From a bacterium (lineage in GTDB: Bacteria > UBA8248 > JACPRG01 > G963555815), in contig CAUVWX020000002.1 of assembly GCA_963555815.3 (NCBI GenBank), forward strand, positions 288,001 through 352,000: 64,000 nucleotides of DNA, in the 5' to 3' direction. Every line of letters starts with the position of its first letter. Positions within the stretch are counted from its first letter, which is position 1. A program made the translations under genes and the position numbers. Positions 8,579 to 18,871 of this stretch are shown piece after piece. The notes beneath the pieces were generated by a model. It had not been told where the DNA came from. It did not search any database and worked only from the letters and a program-made list of their open reading frames with translations.

Positions 8579-11188
8579 ATGATGCGCCAGTATTGGTCTC
8601 TAAAGGGCCAGCATCCAGACGCCATTCTCTTCTTCCGGATGGGCGATTTTTACGAGATGTTCTACGAAGACGCCACGGTGGCCGCCCCCGTCCTGGATAT
8701 TGCCCTCACCTCCCGTCACGACGATACCCAGGGAGCGGTCCCCATGTGTGGGGTCCCCCATCAGGCGGTGGAGGGTTATCTGGCCCGCCTCATCCGCGCG
8801 GGTTTCAAGGTCGCTCTCTGCGAGCAGATGGAAGACCCCCGGCGGGCGAAGGGTCTGGTGAAGCGGGAGGTGGTCCGGGTCATCTCACCCGGGACGGCCA
8901 CGCAGCCCGAGGTCCTGGACGAAAAATCTAGAAACTATCTGGTCGCACTGGCCTTTGGGTCAACGGGGGTGGGCCTGGCGTATGCCGAGCTCTCCACCGG
9001 GGAGTTCCACGCCCTGGAGCTGGACGGAGCGGGCCGCTGGGACGCCCTCTGGGAAGAGTGGGCCGACCTTGAACCCCGCGAAGTCCTCCTGCCGGAGACA
9101 GGGCCAGACCTCCTCGCCGGGGTCTGGAAGGAGGGCCTCCCCGGAGCCCCCCTCGTCAACACGCTCCCAATCTTTGACTTCGACCCAGAGGAGGCCGAGC
9201 AGGCGCTTCGAAAAACCTTCGGGCTGGCGAGCCTCGAGGGTTTGGGACTTGCCGAGAGCCCCCTCGGCGTGGGGGCGGCGGGTGCGCTCCTTCACTATCT
9301 GCGTCAGACCCAAGGGGCAGATTTAGGCCATCTTCGGCCCCCGACGCGCGCCCACCGGGGGGACCGCATGGCCCTGGACGCCGCAACACGACGGAACCTC
9401 GAACTCCTTCGCGCTGGCCCGGAAGGGGAGCGGGCGGGCTCGCTCCTCGAGCTCATCGATCACACCCTGACTCCCATGGGCGGCCGGCGGCTTCGGGACT
9501 GGCTCCTTCATCCCCTCATCCGCCTCAAGCCCATTGTGGCACGCCATCAGGCCGTCAGATCCCTCGTCGATGGAGAAGAGGCCCGAAGAGGGCTATGGGA
9601 ACTCCTGAAGGGGGTGGCTGACATAGAGCGCCTCCTCAGCCGTCTCCACCTCGGGACCGCGAACGCACAAGACCTCCGCCACCTCTGCCGTTCTCTTCAG
9701 ACCCTTGCGCCCCTGCGAGAAGCCCTGGCGGGGCTCGGTGCCCTGACCGGTCTTCTCCTTGAGCTGGCGGAGAACTGGGACAACCTTGTGGATGTCGTCC
9801 GGATCATTGACGAGGCCCTTGTCGAGGAGCCTCCCTTCACCCTTCAAGAGGGGGGTCTCGTCCGTCCGGGGTTTCATCCTGAGGTCGATCGTCTTCATCT
9901 AATCAGCCGAGACGTCAAGACCTGGATCCGAGACTATGAAGAAAAAGAGCGGGAGCGGACGGGAATTCGGGGGCTCAAGATTGTTTACCACAGGGTCTTT
10001 GGCTACTGCATCGAGGTGGGTCGCCGGCAAGAGGCCCAGGTGCCCGCGGACTACACCCGGCGCCAGAGCCTTCGAGCTTCTGAGCGCTACATCACGGAGG
10101 ATCTCAAGCTTCATGAGGAAGAGGTTATGGAGGCCCAGGCCAGAATTGAAGACATTGAATACAAAATATTTCAAGAGGTTAGAGTGAATGTTTTGAAGGA
10201 GACTGAGAGGATTCAAGGGTCGGCAGATCGAGTGGCCACCCTGGACGCCCTCCTTGGGTTGTCCGAAGCGGCTGTCCGATACGGCTATGTCGAACCCGCC
10301 ATGGACGAAGGGGATACGCTAAAGGTCTGCGAGGGCCGCCACCCGGTGGTAGAGCGGATCTCCTCGGATCCGGAGGCGCGATTTGTCCCAAACGACGCCC
10401 ACCTGAACTCCTCGGAGCGCCAGATCCTCATTGTCACAGGGCCTAACATGGCGGGAAAATCCACGTATATCCGCCAGGTGGCCCTCATCGTCCTCCTTGC
10501 ACAGATTGGGAGTTTCGTTCCCGCCCGCTCGGCCCGGATTGGCTTGGTAGACCGGATCTTCACCCGTGTTGGAGCCCACGACCGCCTTCTTCGGGGCCAG
10601 AGCGGCTTCATGGTGGAGATGGTAGAGACCGCCCACATCCTAAACCAGGCCACGCCACGAAGCCTTGTCATCTTGGATGAGATCGGTCGGGGGACCAGCA
10701 CCTTCGACGGGATCAGTATCGCTTGGGCGGTGGCCGAGTTTCTTCACGGCGAAGGGCCAAAAGGCCCTCGGACCCTTTTCGCCACCCACTATCACGAGCT
10801 GGCTGAGCTCTCTCGGGTAAGGGCGCGGGTCTTTAATGTGACGATGGCCGTCCGGGAACACCGGGATGAGATTATCTTTCTGCGGCGGGTGGTGGAGGGG
10901 AGTGCCGACCGAAGTTACGGAATCCAAGTGGCCAAACTGGCGGGCCTTCCTCCCCCAGTTATCCAGCGGGCAAGACAGATCCTCTTCGCCTTCGAGGAGA
11001 GTGGCTCGGGCGAGAAAGGGCCCCTGGAGGAGAGAGCGGTGGCCCAACAGCTTGCCCTCTTTGGATTTGCCCCCTCTGCGGTCGTCAGTACCCTTGGGGA
11101 GATGGAACTTGACCGGATGACTCCTCTTGAGGCACTGAATGCGCTTCAAGCCCTCAAGAAAAGGGCCTTAGAAGAGTTGCCCCCCTAA
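8579..11188 (+). CDS. mutS: DNA mismatch repair protein MutS
   Basis: 'TPMMRQY', 'FFRMGDFYEMF', 'TGPNMAGKSTY', 'DEIGRGTST', 'FATHYHEL'. The true start may be ATG 8535, one base out of frame (see findings). Confidence 0.97.
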   Translation: MMRQYWSLKGQHPDAILFFRMGDFYEMFYEDATVAAPVLDIALTSRHDDTQGAVPMCGVPHQAVEGYLARLIRAGFKVALCEQMEDPRRAKGLVKREVVRVISPGTATQPEVLDEKSRNYLVALAFGSTGVGLAYAELSTGEFHALELDGAGRWDALWEEWADLEPREVLLPETGPDLLAGVWKEGLPGAPLVNTLPIFDFDPEEAEQALRKTFGLASLEGLGLAESPLGVGAAGALLHYLRQTQGADLGHLRPPTRAHRGDRMALDAATRRNLELLRAGPEGERAGSLLELIDHTLTPMGGRRLRDWLLHPLIRLKPIVARHQAVRSLVDGEEARRGLWELLKGVADIERLLSRLHLGTANAQDLRHLCRSLQTLAPLREALAGLGALTGLLLELAENWDNLVDVVRIIDEALVEEPPFTLQEGGLVRPGFHPEVDRLHLISRDVKTWIRDYEEKERERTGIRGLKIVYHRVFGYCIEVGRRQEAQVPADYTRRQSLRASERYITEDLKLHEEEVMEAQARIEDIEYKIFQEVRVNVLKETERIQGSADRVATLDALLGLSEAAVRYGYVEPAMDEGDTLKVCEGRHPVVERISSDPEARFVPNDAHLNSSERQILIVTGPNMAGKSTYIRQVALIVLLAQIGSFVPARSARIGLVDRIFTRVGAHDRLLRGQSGFMVEMVETAHILNQATPRSLVILDEIGRGTSTFDGISIAWAVAEFLHGEGPKGPRTLFATHYHELAELSRVRARVFNVTMAVREHRDEIIFLRRVVEGSADRSYGIQVAKLAGLPPPVIQRARQILFAFEESGSGEKGPLEERAVAQQLALFGFAPSAVVSTLGEMELDRMTPLEALNALQALKKRALEELPP

Positions 11189-11285
11189 GAGATCCCCCTT
11201 GCTTTTGTCCTCCGCGGTTCGTAAACTAATCCCCAGGAAAGGGTGCCCTGTGGGCAACTGGAGAGGATTGTCTGATCCATTGGCA

Positions 11286-11864
11286 ATGAGATTACGGTGG
11301 GTGCTAGGGGTGGGTGCGATAGCTCTCCTGGGCTACCTGGGGGGAGGGACCGCCTGGGCCGACAGGGAGCCGACCATTTCCGATATTGGCATCACCCATA
11401 ACTCCACCGACGTTTCGGTCTCTACAATCCTACAGGGGGCTCTCGATGGGGATCAGGGCGAGGTGCTTCAGAGCGGGAACCCAGTCTCCTTCGTCTATCG
11501 CATTGAGCTTTTGAGGGCACGTCTCTTCTGGCCCGACAAGGAGATGGCCTCCAAGGTTGTACAACGGACTGTTCACTACGATGTCCTGAAGAGGGAATAT
11601 ATTTACTCCTCGACGGAGGACGGGGAATCCACGAGAGAGCGCAGGACCCAAAGCCCCGATGAGGTTCGCACCTGGATGACCGAGCTGAAAGGAGTGTCTC
11701 TGGAAGCTCCGGATGTCCCTGTCTCCTCAGGCAAATATTATGTGAGGATTAAGGCGAAACTCATTCCCCCGAAGTTCATCTTCCCCCTCAATTATCTCCT
11801 TTTTTTCTGGAACCGGAGTACTGACTGGACCCACTCTCCGCCCTTCGTCCTAGCTCCTCCCTAG
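11286..11864 (+). CDS. DUF4390-like exported protein
   Basis: Signal peptide ending 'TAWA'; 'RARLFWPDK', 'VHYDVLKREY', C-terminal 'TDW'; in the usual position upstream of ntrY-like kinases. Confidence 0.7.
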   Translation: MRLRWVLGVGAIALLGYLGGGTAWADREPTISDIGITHNSTDVSVSTILQGALDGDQGEVLQSGNPVSFVYRIELLRARLFWPDKEMASKVVQRTVHYDVLKREYIYSSTEDGESTRERRTQSPDEVRTWMTELKGVSLEAPDVPVSSGKYYVRIKAKLIPPKFIFPLNYLLFFWNRSTDWTHSPPFVLAPP

Positions 11865-11865
11865 G

Positions 11866-14148
11866 GTGACAGGAGGACCCCCCTTGGAGTCGACTGTTCA
11901 AGACCCGACGCATCGGCGAAAGGTGCGCACCCGTCTCGTCATCCTGGTGGTCATCTCTCTCCTCATCTTGCTGAACATCTTTGCGATCTACTATCAGGAT
12001 TTCAATCCCACTTACGCGATCGCGAACAACATCGTCGTTTACGCTGTGGTCAACATCAACGTCATCCTCCTGATGATATTGGTTCTCTTGGTCCTTCGGA
12101 ACCTCGTCAAACTTTACTTCGAGCGAAAGGGAAAGGTCGTTGGGGCCAAGTTCCGCACCAAGCTCGTAATCGCCTTCGTGGGCCTCGCTCTCGTCCCCTC
12201 CATCCTTCTCTTCATCGTGGCGAGCGGCCTCATCAACAGGAGCATCCAGGGCTGGTTCGATGGCCAGGTAGAGAGGGCCCTGGGGCAGTCCCAGGAGGTG
12301 GTCGAGCGCTTCTACCGCCAGGCTGAAGGGCAAGCCCTCAGTTACGCGCAGCTCTTGGCCCGGGAGTTGGACCCGGCGGACCTCAAGAGCCCAGAGGGTT
12401 CTTTGAGGCTGAAAGGTATTTTGGATGAGAGGAGACAGGAACTTCAAGCCGAGAGCATCCAGGTCTTCACCATAGACCAGCGGGAGGCCGTGGGCTCCAG
12501 CGGGAACAATGCCCCGGCCGAAGCCCTGCGACCTGAATTGAACTCCGACCTGGTGGCCCAGCTTCTCGCGGGCCAAGTGGTGACGCAAACGCGGACGACA
12601 CCTCAAGGGGACACGGTTTTCGCCTTTGCCGCCCTCGCCTCGGGCGAGGGCAAGGATCGCAATCTCGGGATCCTGGCGGTGGCCCTCTTCCTGCCGGAGA
12701 GCCTCACCACCAAGATGCAATCCGTCTCTGCTGGCTACCGGGAGTACAAACAGCTGGAACTTCTTCGGAACCCCATCACGGCCAGCTACATGATCAGCTA
12801 TCTCCTGATCACCCTCTTGATTGTCTTCTCGGCCATCTGGATTGGTTTCTACCTGGCGAGGGGGATCACCGATCCTATTCAGTCCCTGGTCGAAGGGACT
12901 CGAGCTGTGGCCGAGGGCAACCTGGACATCCGTGTAGAGAAGAGGGCCGACGACGAGATCGGCCTCTTGGTGGACGCCTATAACGCCATGACCCAGGACC
13001 TCAAACGGAGCAAGGAGGAAATCGAGCGGGCACAAGAGGGTCTTCGACACACCAATGTGGAGCTTGAAGGGCGCCGGGCCTATATGGAGACGGTGCTGGA
13101 GAATATCGCCACCGGTGTGGTTTCCCTAGACCGCCAAGGGCGGGTGACGACCGTCAATCAGTCCGCCGGACGGATCCTTGGGATAGCCGCTAAGCAGTTG
13201 CCGGGCCGTTCCTACCGTGAGGCCTTTGATCCCACCATCGTCCTTCCCGTCCGAGACCTGCTGAAAAAGATGTGGCAAGGTGGCCGGGAGTACATAGAGG
13301 GGCAAATCCGCGTGATGGTGAACGGCCGGTCCTTGACCCTCCTGGTCGGCATGAGCCTCCTCAGAGACCACCAGGGGCGGGGTCTGGGAATGGTATTAGT
13401 CTTTGAGAACCTGACGGAGCTTATCAAGGCCCAGAAGGTGGCGGCTTGGCAAGAGGTCGCTCAAGGGATTGCACACGAGATTAAAAACCCTCTCACCCCC
13501 ATCCGCCTCTCCGCTGAACGCCTGAGGAAGAAATATGATGAGAACTCGGTGGACCTGCGGGCCATCGTTGAAGAGTGCACGAACACGATTGTGAAGCAGG
13601 TCAAAGGGCTGATGGAGCTGGTGAATGAGTTCTCCCGCTTTGCCCGAATGCCGGAGGCCCACCCCAGGCCGTGCCCCTTGCACGCCATCATCAATGACTC
13701 TATGGCCCTGTACCGAAGTCATCCCAGCGACATTCAGATTGAAACTGATTTCGACCAGCGGGTGGATCAGGTGGAGGTGGACGAAGAACAGATGAAGCGG
13801 GTCTTTATCAACCTCATCGAGAACGCCATCGAGGCGATGGAAAACAGGGGCCGAATCCAGATCCGAACCCGTCGCGACGACGCCAACGGGTTGATCCGCA
13901 TCGAGGTGAGCGACGATGGGCGGGGTATCCCGCTGGAAGATCGGGACCGTCTCTTCCTGCCGTACTTCACCACCAAGGGGAGGGGCACCGGACTTGGTCT
14001 GGCCATCGTGCACCGGATCGTGGCCGAACACCATGGGGCCATCGAGGTGAAGGAAAATCTCCCGAAGGGGACTACCTTTGTCATCCAGCTGCCTGCCAAC
14101 GGCCATCTTCTGGAGATTGTTCCCGCCGAGAGGACGAAAGCCATCTGA
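11866..14148 (+). CDS. NtrY-like sensor histidine kinase (TM-periplasmic-HAMP-PAS-HisKA-HATPase)
   Basis: 'AKFRTKL', HAMP 'DEIGLLVDAYNAM', PAS 'GVVSLD', H-box 'AWQEVAQGIAHEIKNPLTPI', 'NLIENA', 'DDGRG', 'GTGLGL'. Confidence 0.93.
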   Translation: MTGGPPLESTVQDPTHRRKVRTRLVILVVISLLILLNIFAIYYQDFNPTYAIANNIVVYAVVNINVILLMILVLLVLRNLVKLYFERKGKVVGAKFRTKLVIAFVGLALVPSILLFIVASGLINRSIQGWFDGQVERALGQSQEVVERFYRQAEGQALSYAQLLARELDPADLKSPEGSLRLKGILDERRQELQAESIQVFTIDQREAVGSSGNNAPAEALRPELNSDLVAQLLAGQVVTQTRTTPQGDTVFAFAALASGEGKDRNLGILAVALFLPESLTTKMQSVSAGYREYKQLELLRNPITASYMISYLLITLLIVFSAIWIGFYLARGITDPIQSLVEGTRAVAEGNLDIRVEKRADDEIGLLVDAYNAMTQDLKRSKEEIERAQEGLRHTNVELEGRRAYMETVLENIATGVVSLDRQGRVTTVNQSAGRILGIAAKQLPGRSYREAFDPTIVLPVRDLLKKMWQGGREYIEGQIRVMVNGRSLTLLVGMSLLRDHQGRGLGMVLVFENLTELIKAQKVAAWQEVAQGIAHEIKNPLTPIRLSAERLRKKYDENSVDLRAIVEECTNTIVKQVKGLMELVNEFSRFARMPEAHPRPCPLHAIINDSMALYRSHPSDIQIETDFDQRVDQVEVDEEQMKRVFINLIENAIEAMENRGRIQIRTRRDDANGLIRIEVSDDGRGIPLEDRDRLFLPYFTTKGRGTGLGLAIVHRIVAEHHGAIEVKENLPKGTTFVIQLPANGHLLEIVPAERTKAI

Positions 14149-14149
14149 G

Positions 14150-16318
14150 ATGAGCAAAGCCCATATCCTCATTGTGGACGACGATGAAGGCATTCGCCAG
14201 TCCCTTGGAGCCATCCTGACCGACGAGGGTTTCGCCACGTCTCAGGCGGCCCAAGGAGAGGAGGTCCTGGACCGGGTCAAGGGCCTGGCCCCGGATCTGG
14301 TCCTTCTGGATGTGTGGCTTCCCGGTATCGATGGGATCCAAATGCTCCAGGCCATCAAGGCCCAGCACCCGGACCTCGAAGTGGTCATGATGTCGGGCCA
14401 CGGAAACGTGGAAACCGCGGTCAAGGCCACGAAGCTGGGGGCATTCGACTTCATCGAAAAGCCCCTCTCCTTGGAGCAAGTCCTGCGGACGGTGAACCTG
14501 GCCCTCCGACAGCGCCGCGTGGGGCACCAGTCCCGGGAGCAACAGGATCGGGTGAGCCGAGTGATCGCCGAGAGCCTCTCGGCGCGCCGCCTCGTGCAGG
14601 AGATCGACGGTGCCGCTGCCCACCAGCGGGCCACCCTTCTCTTTGGGGAGGATGGGGCGGGAAAAGAGCTGGTCGCCCGGGTTATTCAGAGTCGCAAGGG
14701 CGCTCTCGGCCATCCCTTTGTTCGTCTCAACTGTAAAGTCTCTTCGGAAGCGGTTCTTCGGCAAACCCTTTTTGGTTTTGAAGGATCGGACGGGGAGGTA
14801 CAAACGGGCCGACTAGAGGCAGCCCAGGAGGGGGTTCTCTTTCTGGACAACGTGGAGGAGATTAGTCGACCCCTCCAGGAGGAGTTGGCCAATGTCCTGG
14901 CGACTCGAACCTTTCAAAGGGTAGGGGGCCGTCTCACCTTTCCCCTGGACGTATGGTTGGTGATGGCCACCACCACCGATCTTCGACAGAACCCTCTATC
15001 GAAGGTCCTGGGAGAACCTCTGGGCCACCACCTCGGAGTCGAGCCAATCCGCGTTCCTCCCCTCAGGGAGCGGCGAGAGGATTTGTCAAAACTGGTGGAC
15101 CTCTTCCTGGATCAGTACGCTGGAGAATTTGGAAAACCGCCCTGCCGCATGACCCCGGAGGCCATGGAGGCACTGGTGGGCTTCGACTGGCCGGGAAACG
15201 TGAAAGAGCTGAAGGACCTGATCGAGAGCCTTGTCCTTGCCTCCTCTGGGACCGAGATCGGTCTCACCGATTTGCCTGAGGATCTGCAAGGGGGTCCGCT
15301 CCTTCCTCCACCCGGTTCTCTTGCCCACGCTCGTCGGACATGGGAGAAGGAGTATATTGCCCAGCTTCTCGGTCAAAATCGCGGCAGCATTGCCAGGACG
15401 GCTCGCCAGCTTGCCATCCCAGCGCGGCACCTTCAGAAGAAAATCACCGCCTACGGCCTTTCAACCCCGCGGCGGAAGGGAAAGGGAAGTCTCCACCAGA
15501 GGACCCTCCGTCGAAGCGTCCTTCTCTGTGGGCAGGGGCTCCACTCGGGTCTCAAGACCGGGCTCATCCTCTCCCCCCTTCCTCCCAACAGCGGCATCCA
15601 ATTTGGCAGCATCACGTCGGACGAGTCCGTCCCCGCCCTGGTGGATTATGTGGCCTCGACGGAGCACGCCACCACCCTTCGCAAGGGGCATGCCCTGGCC
15701 CGCACCATTGAGCATCTCATGGCGGTCTTGCACGCCTACCGGGTCACCAATCTCCTCATCAAGCTGAGCGATGAGGTTCCTATCATGGACGGTTCCGCCA
15801 AGGATTTTTGTCAGCTCATCGAGGATGAGGGGATTGAAGAGCAGGACGCGTTCCAAGAACCCCTCTCAGTCAAGGAGTCCCTGGAGGTGAACGGCCGTCC
15901 GGGGGAGAACGGGACACCCACCCTTCGCATTGAGCCGGCATCGAAATTGACGATCCACTATCAACTGTCCTACCCGCCCCCTATCGGAGTCCAAGAGATC
16001 TCCTTCACATTGAGTGGGACAAAGGCTTTTCGAGAGGAGATTGCGCCGGCCAGGACCTTCGGCTTCCTTCGGGAGGTCGAACAGCTGGAACGAATGGGGC
16101 TCGCCGGGGGAGGGCGGCTGGACAACGTTATCCTGGTAGACGACGAAAAGGTCATCAACACCTCTCTTCGGTTCCCTGACGAGTTCGTTCGCCATAAAGT
16201 CCTGGACCTCATCGGGGACCTCTATCTCCTGGGCAGGCCTGTCCTGGGCCGAATCACAGCCCGCATGAGCGGCCACACCGAGAACATCGCGCTGGTTCGC
16301 AAACTTCAGCAGGTATGA
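14150..16318 (+). CDS. lpxC: NtrX-like response regulator (REC + degenerate sigma54 AAA+ + HTH) fused to LpxC UDP-3-O-acyl-GlcNAc deacetylase
   Basis: Single open frame of 722 aa. REC 'LIVDDD...LLDVWLP...MSGHG...FIEKP'. LpxC from about 15494: 'QRTL...GQGLHSG', 'TIEHLMA', 'EVPIMDGSA', 'IAPARTFGF', 'RFPDEFVRHKVLDLIGDL', 'GHTEN'. Confidence 0.92.
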   Translation: MSKAHILIVDDDEGIRQSLGAILTDEGFATSQAAQGEEVLDRVKGLAPDLVLLDVWLPGIDGIQMLQAIKAQHPDLEVVMMSGHGNVETAVKATKLGAFDFIEKPLSLEQVLRTVNLALRQRRVGHQSREQQDRVSRVIAESLSARRLVQEIDGAAAHQRATLLFGEDGAGKELVARVIQSRKGALGHPFVRLNCKVSSEAVLRQTLFGFEGSDGEVQTGRLEAAQEGVLFLDNVEEISRPLQEELANVLATRTFQRVGGRLTFPLDVWLVMATTTDLRQNPLSKVLGEPLGHHLGVEPIRVPPLRERREDLSKLVDLFLDQYAGEFGKPPCRMTPEAMEALVGFDWPGNVKELKDLIESLVLASSGTEIGLTDLPEDLQGGPLLPPPGSLAHARRTWEKEYIAQLLGQNRGSIARTARQLAIPARHLQKKITAYGLSTPRRKGKGSLHQRTLRRSVLLCGQGLHSGLKTGLILSPLPPNSGIQFGSITSDESVPALVDYVASTEHATTLRKGHALARTIEHLMAVLHAYRVTNLLIKLSDEVPIMDGSAKDFCQLIEDEGIEEQDAFQEPLSVKESLEVNGRPGENGTPTLRIEPASKLTIHYQLSYPPPIGVQEISFTLSGTKAFREEIAPARTFGFLREVEQLERMGLAGGGRLDNVILVDDEKVINTSLRFPDEFVRHKVLDLIGDLYLLGRPVLGRITARMSGHTENIALVRKLQQV

Positions 16319-17357
16319 CGCACCCTGAGATGAACTACCGGAAGGCCGGGGTGGACCTCGAAGGGGCAGAGTCCGTTCCGGGGCGCCTGGCCCCTATTGT
16401 TCGGACCACCTATCGGCCTGAGGTGTTGGGCGGCCTGGGAGGCTTTGCGGGCTCCTTTCGGGTCCCGGCAGGCTATCGAAACCCGGTTCTGGTGGCCAGC
16501 ACAGACGGCGTCGGTACCAAGCTCGCCCTGCTCGCCCAAGTGGACCGCCCCGAGGTGGCGGGCCACGACCTCGTCGCCATGAGCGTCAACGATGTCCTGG
16601 CCATGGGGGCTGATCCCCTTTTCTTTCTGGATTATTACGCCTCCTCCAAACTCGAAATGGGTCTGCTGGAGCGGGTGGTTCGGGGAGCTGCCGAGGCCTG
16701 TCGGCAGGCGGGATGCACCCTCCTCGGGGGAGAGACGGCGGAGATGCCCGGTTTTTATCTCGAAGGTCTATACGAACTCGTTGGGATGGCGGTGGGTGTT
16801 GCCGAGGAGGACCGGCTCATCGACGGATTCGACATACGGCCGGGAGACCTTCTCGTCGGCCTCGCCTCGAGCGGCCCCCACTGCAACGGCTTTTCGCTCA
16901 TTCGCCGGGTCCTCTCAGACCGAGGCATTTCCCTTCAGACCAGGGAAGAGGTTTTGGGAGGAACGGTGGCCGATGCCCTTCTGGCTCCCACCACCCTTTA
17001 CGTGAGCTCTGTCCAGGCCCTCTCGCGGGCGGGCCTGGCAAGGGGGATCGCCCATATCACAGGCGGGGGGCTTCTGGGAAACCTAAAACGCATCGTCCCT
17101 GAGGGTCTTCAGGCGGTTGTTCGTCGGGGTTCCTGGCCTGTCCCGTCCATCTTCTCATTTCTCCAGGAGGTGGGGGAGGTCCCGGCCCGTGAGATGGAGT
17201 CCGTCTTCAATATGGGGGTGGGTCTTGTCGTGATCATCCCGGCCGGCCAGGCGAAGAAGGCTTCCGAATCCTCGAAGGGTGTGGAGAGTCCATCCATTCC
17301 CTGGGAGAGATTGTGGAGGTTGATGCCCAGGCTCCCCGGGCGGCTTTCGCAGATTAG
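16315..17357 (+). CDS. purM: Phosphoribosylformylglycinamidine cyclo-ligase; apparent 1-nt deletion near 17262
   Basis: 'YRKAGVD', 'STDGVGTK', 'GGETAEMPG', 'HITGGG', 'FNMGVG'. The expected C-terminus 'FRILEGCGESIHSLGEIV' is in another frame and ends at TAG 17355-17357. Confidence 0.93.
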
Positions 17358-17369
17358 GGGAGGGGGGGG

Positions 17370-17984
17370 ATGCGCGTAGGGGTCCTTGCTTCCGGGCGGG
17401 GGTCAAACCTTCAGTCCCTGATCGACGCATCCGAGGCGGGCCGGCTCGCGGCTGAGATTGTGGTTGTCCTGAGCGACGTGGAGGATGCCCCCGCCCTCCA
17501 TCGGGCGAAACGCCGCGGGATCCCCGCCTTCTTCATCAACCCCCAAGGGGAGGACTTTGAGGCCCGGCTCTTGGAGGCCCTCTCGAAGGCTCAGGTGGAG
17601 TTGGTCTGTCTTGCGGGTTTTATGCGGATCCTGAGTCCTTTCTTCCTCAAAGGGACCGGGAGGCCCGTTCTCAACATCCATCCTTCTCTGCTCCCGGGCT
17701 TTCCGGGACTTCAGGCCCAGCGCCAAGCCCTTGAGCACGGCGTGAAGGTGACGGGCTGCACCGTCCATCTCGTTAATGAGGAGGTGGACCACGGGCCCAT
17801 CCTCGTGCAGGCCGCTGTTCCTGTCTTTGAAGATGATACGCCGCAGTCCCTGGCTAAGCGCATCCTGAGGGAGGAGCACCGGATCTATCCTCAGGCAGTC
17901 CAGTATTTTGCCGAGGGCCGCGTGAAGGTGGAGGGAAGAAGGGTTAAAATTTCCCCCTCTTCGACTGAGTCGTCCGCAGGGTGA
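17370..17984 (+). CDS. purN: Phosphoribosylglycinamide formyltransferase
   Basis: 'SGRGSNLQ', 'LAGFMRIL', 'NIHPSLLP', 'GCTVHLV', 'DHGPI'. Confidence 0.97.
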   Translation: MRVGVLASGRGSNLQSLIDASEAGRLAAEIVVVLSDVEDAPALHRAKRRGIPAFFINPQGEDFEARLLEALSKAQVELVCLAGFMRILSPFFLKGTGRPVLNIHPSLLPGFPGLQAQRQALEHGVKVTGCTVHLVNEEVDHGPILVQAAVPVFEDDTPQSLAKRILREEHRIYPQAVQYFAEGRVKVEGRRVKISPSSTESSAG

Positions 17985-18172
17985 GTTTTCAGGGGGCTCA
18001 GTTTCTTCAAGACGCTGACCCGAACCACCCAATAGAAGGCCAGTTGGCGAGGCTTGAGCGAGAGTGTATATATTGACGGAAGGCCTTCTCCGGGGTAGCG
18101 GCTGAGACGGTTTTTGTAAGGCGAAGGGTAGGAATTTCGGTTCCGCCGGCTTAGGGATTGGATTCCAAGGGC

Positions 18173-18871
18173 ATGTTTATCCCCCTTAAGGACGAGCACC
18201 CGACCCGCATCATCCCGGTGGTGACCCTTGTCATCATCGGGATGAACCTGCTTGGCTTCTTCATGGAGCTTGGGGCTGGATCAGAGTTTGCTCGCGGGAA
18301 GCTCATCCACGGTCTTGGGGCCATTCCCATCCGGTTCACCCAGGATGTCGGGCCGCTTCCGGATTTCTTTCTGCCCCGCTGGACGACCCTTTTCACCTCG
18401 CTTTTTCTTCACGCCGGATGGCTCCACCTGGGTGGGAATATGCTCTACCTTTGGATTTTTGGAAACAACATTGAAGAGCACCTGGGCCACGGAAAGTTTC
18501 TTCTCTTCTATCTGCTTTCCGGCCTGGTGGCCACCGGAACCCACATCCTGTTCAACCCCGACTCTCCGATTCCCGTCATCGGGGCGAGTGGGGCGATCGC
18601 AGGGGTCCTGGGCGCCTATCTGATCCTGTTCCCCCGGCATCAGGTGGTGACTCTCGCCTTCTTTTTCTACTTTATCCAAGTGATTCGGGTCCCGGCGGTC
18701 TTCATCCTCGGTTTTTGGTTTATCATTCAGATCTTCCGTGGTACCTTATCCCTAGGGACGGCAGACGCCTCCGGGGTGGCGTGGTTTGCCCATATCGGTG
18801 GGTTTGTGACCGGCCTGCTTCTCATCCGTCTCTTCCCGAGGGCGAAATGGAGCCCAGTGGGGCTACGCTGA
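18173..18871 (+). CDS. Rhomboid-family intramembrane serine protease
   Basis: 'FLHAGWLHLGGNM', 'GASGAI', 'VAWFAHIGGF'. Confidence 0.93.
   Translation: MFIPLKDEHPTRIIPVVTLVIIGMNLLGFFMELGAGSEFARGKLIHGLGAIPIRFTQDVGPLPDFFLPRWTTLFTSLFLHAGWLHLGGNMLYLWIFGNNIEEHLGHGKFLLFYLLSGLVATGTHILFNPDSPIPVIGASGAIAGVLGAYLILFPRHQVVTLAFFFYFIQVIRVPAVFILGFWFIIQIFRGTLSLGTADASGVAWFAHIGGFVTGLLLIRLFPRAKWSPVGLR

Noticed and set aside
17985..18172. Possible ncRNA between purN and the rhomboid gene
   Set aside because: Only short palindromes and a promoter-like TATATT are present; no recognisable RNA family.
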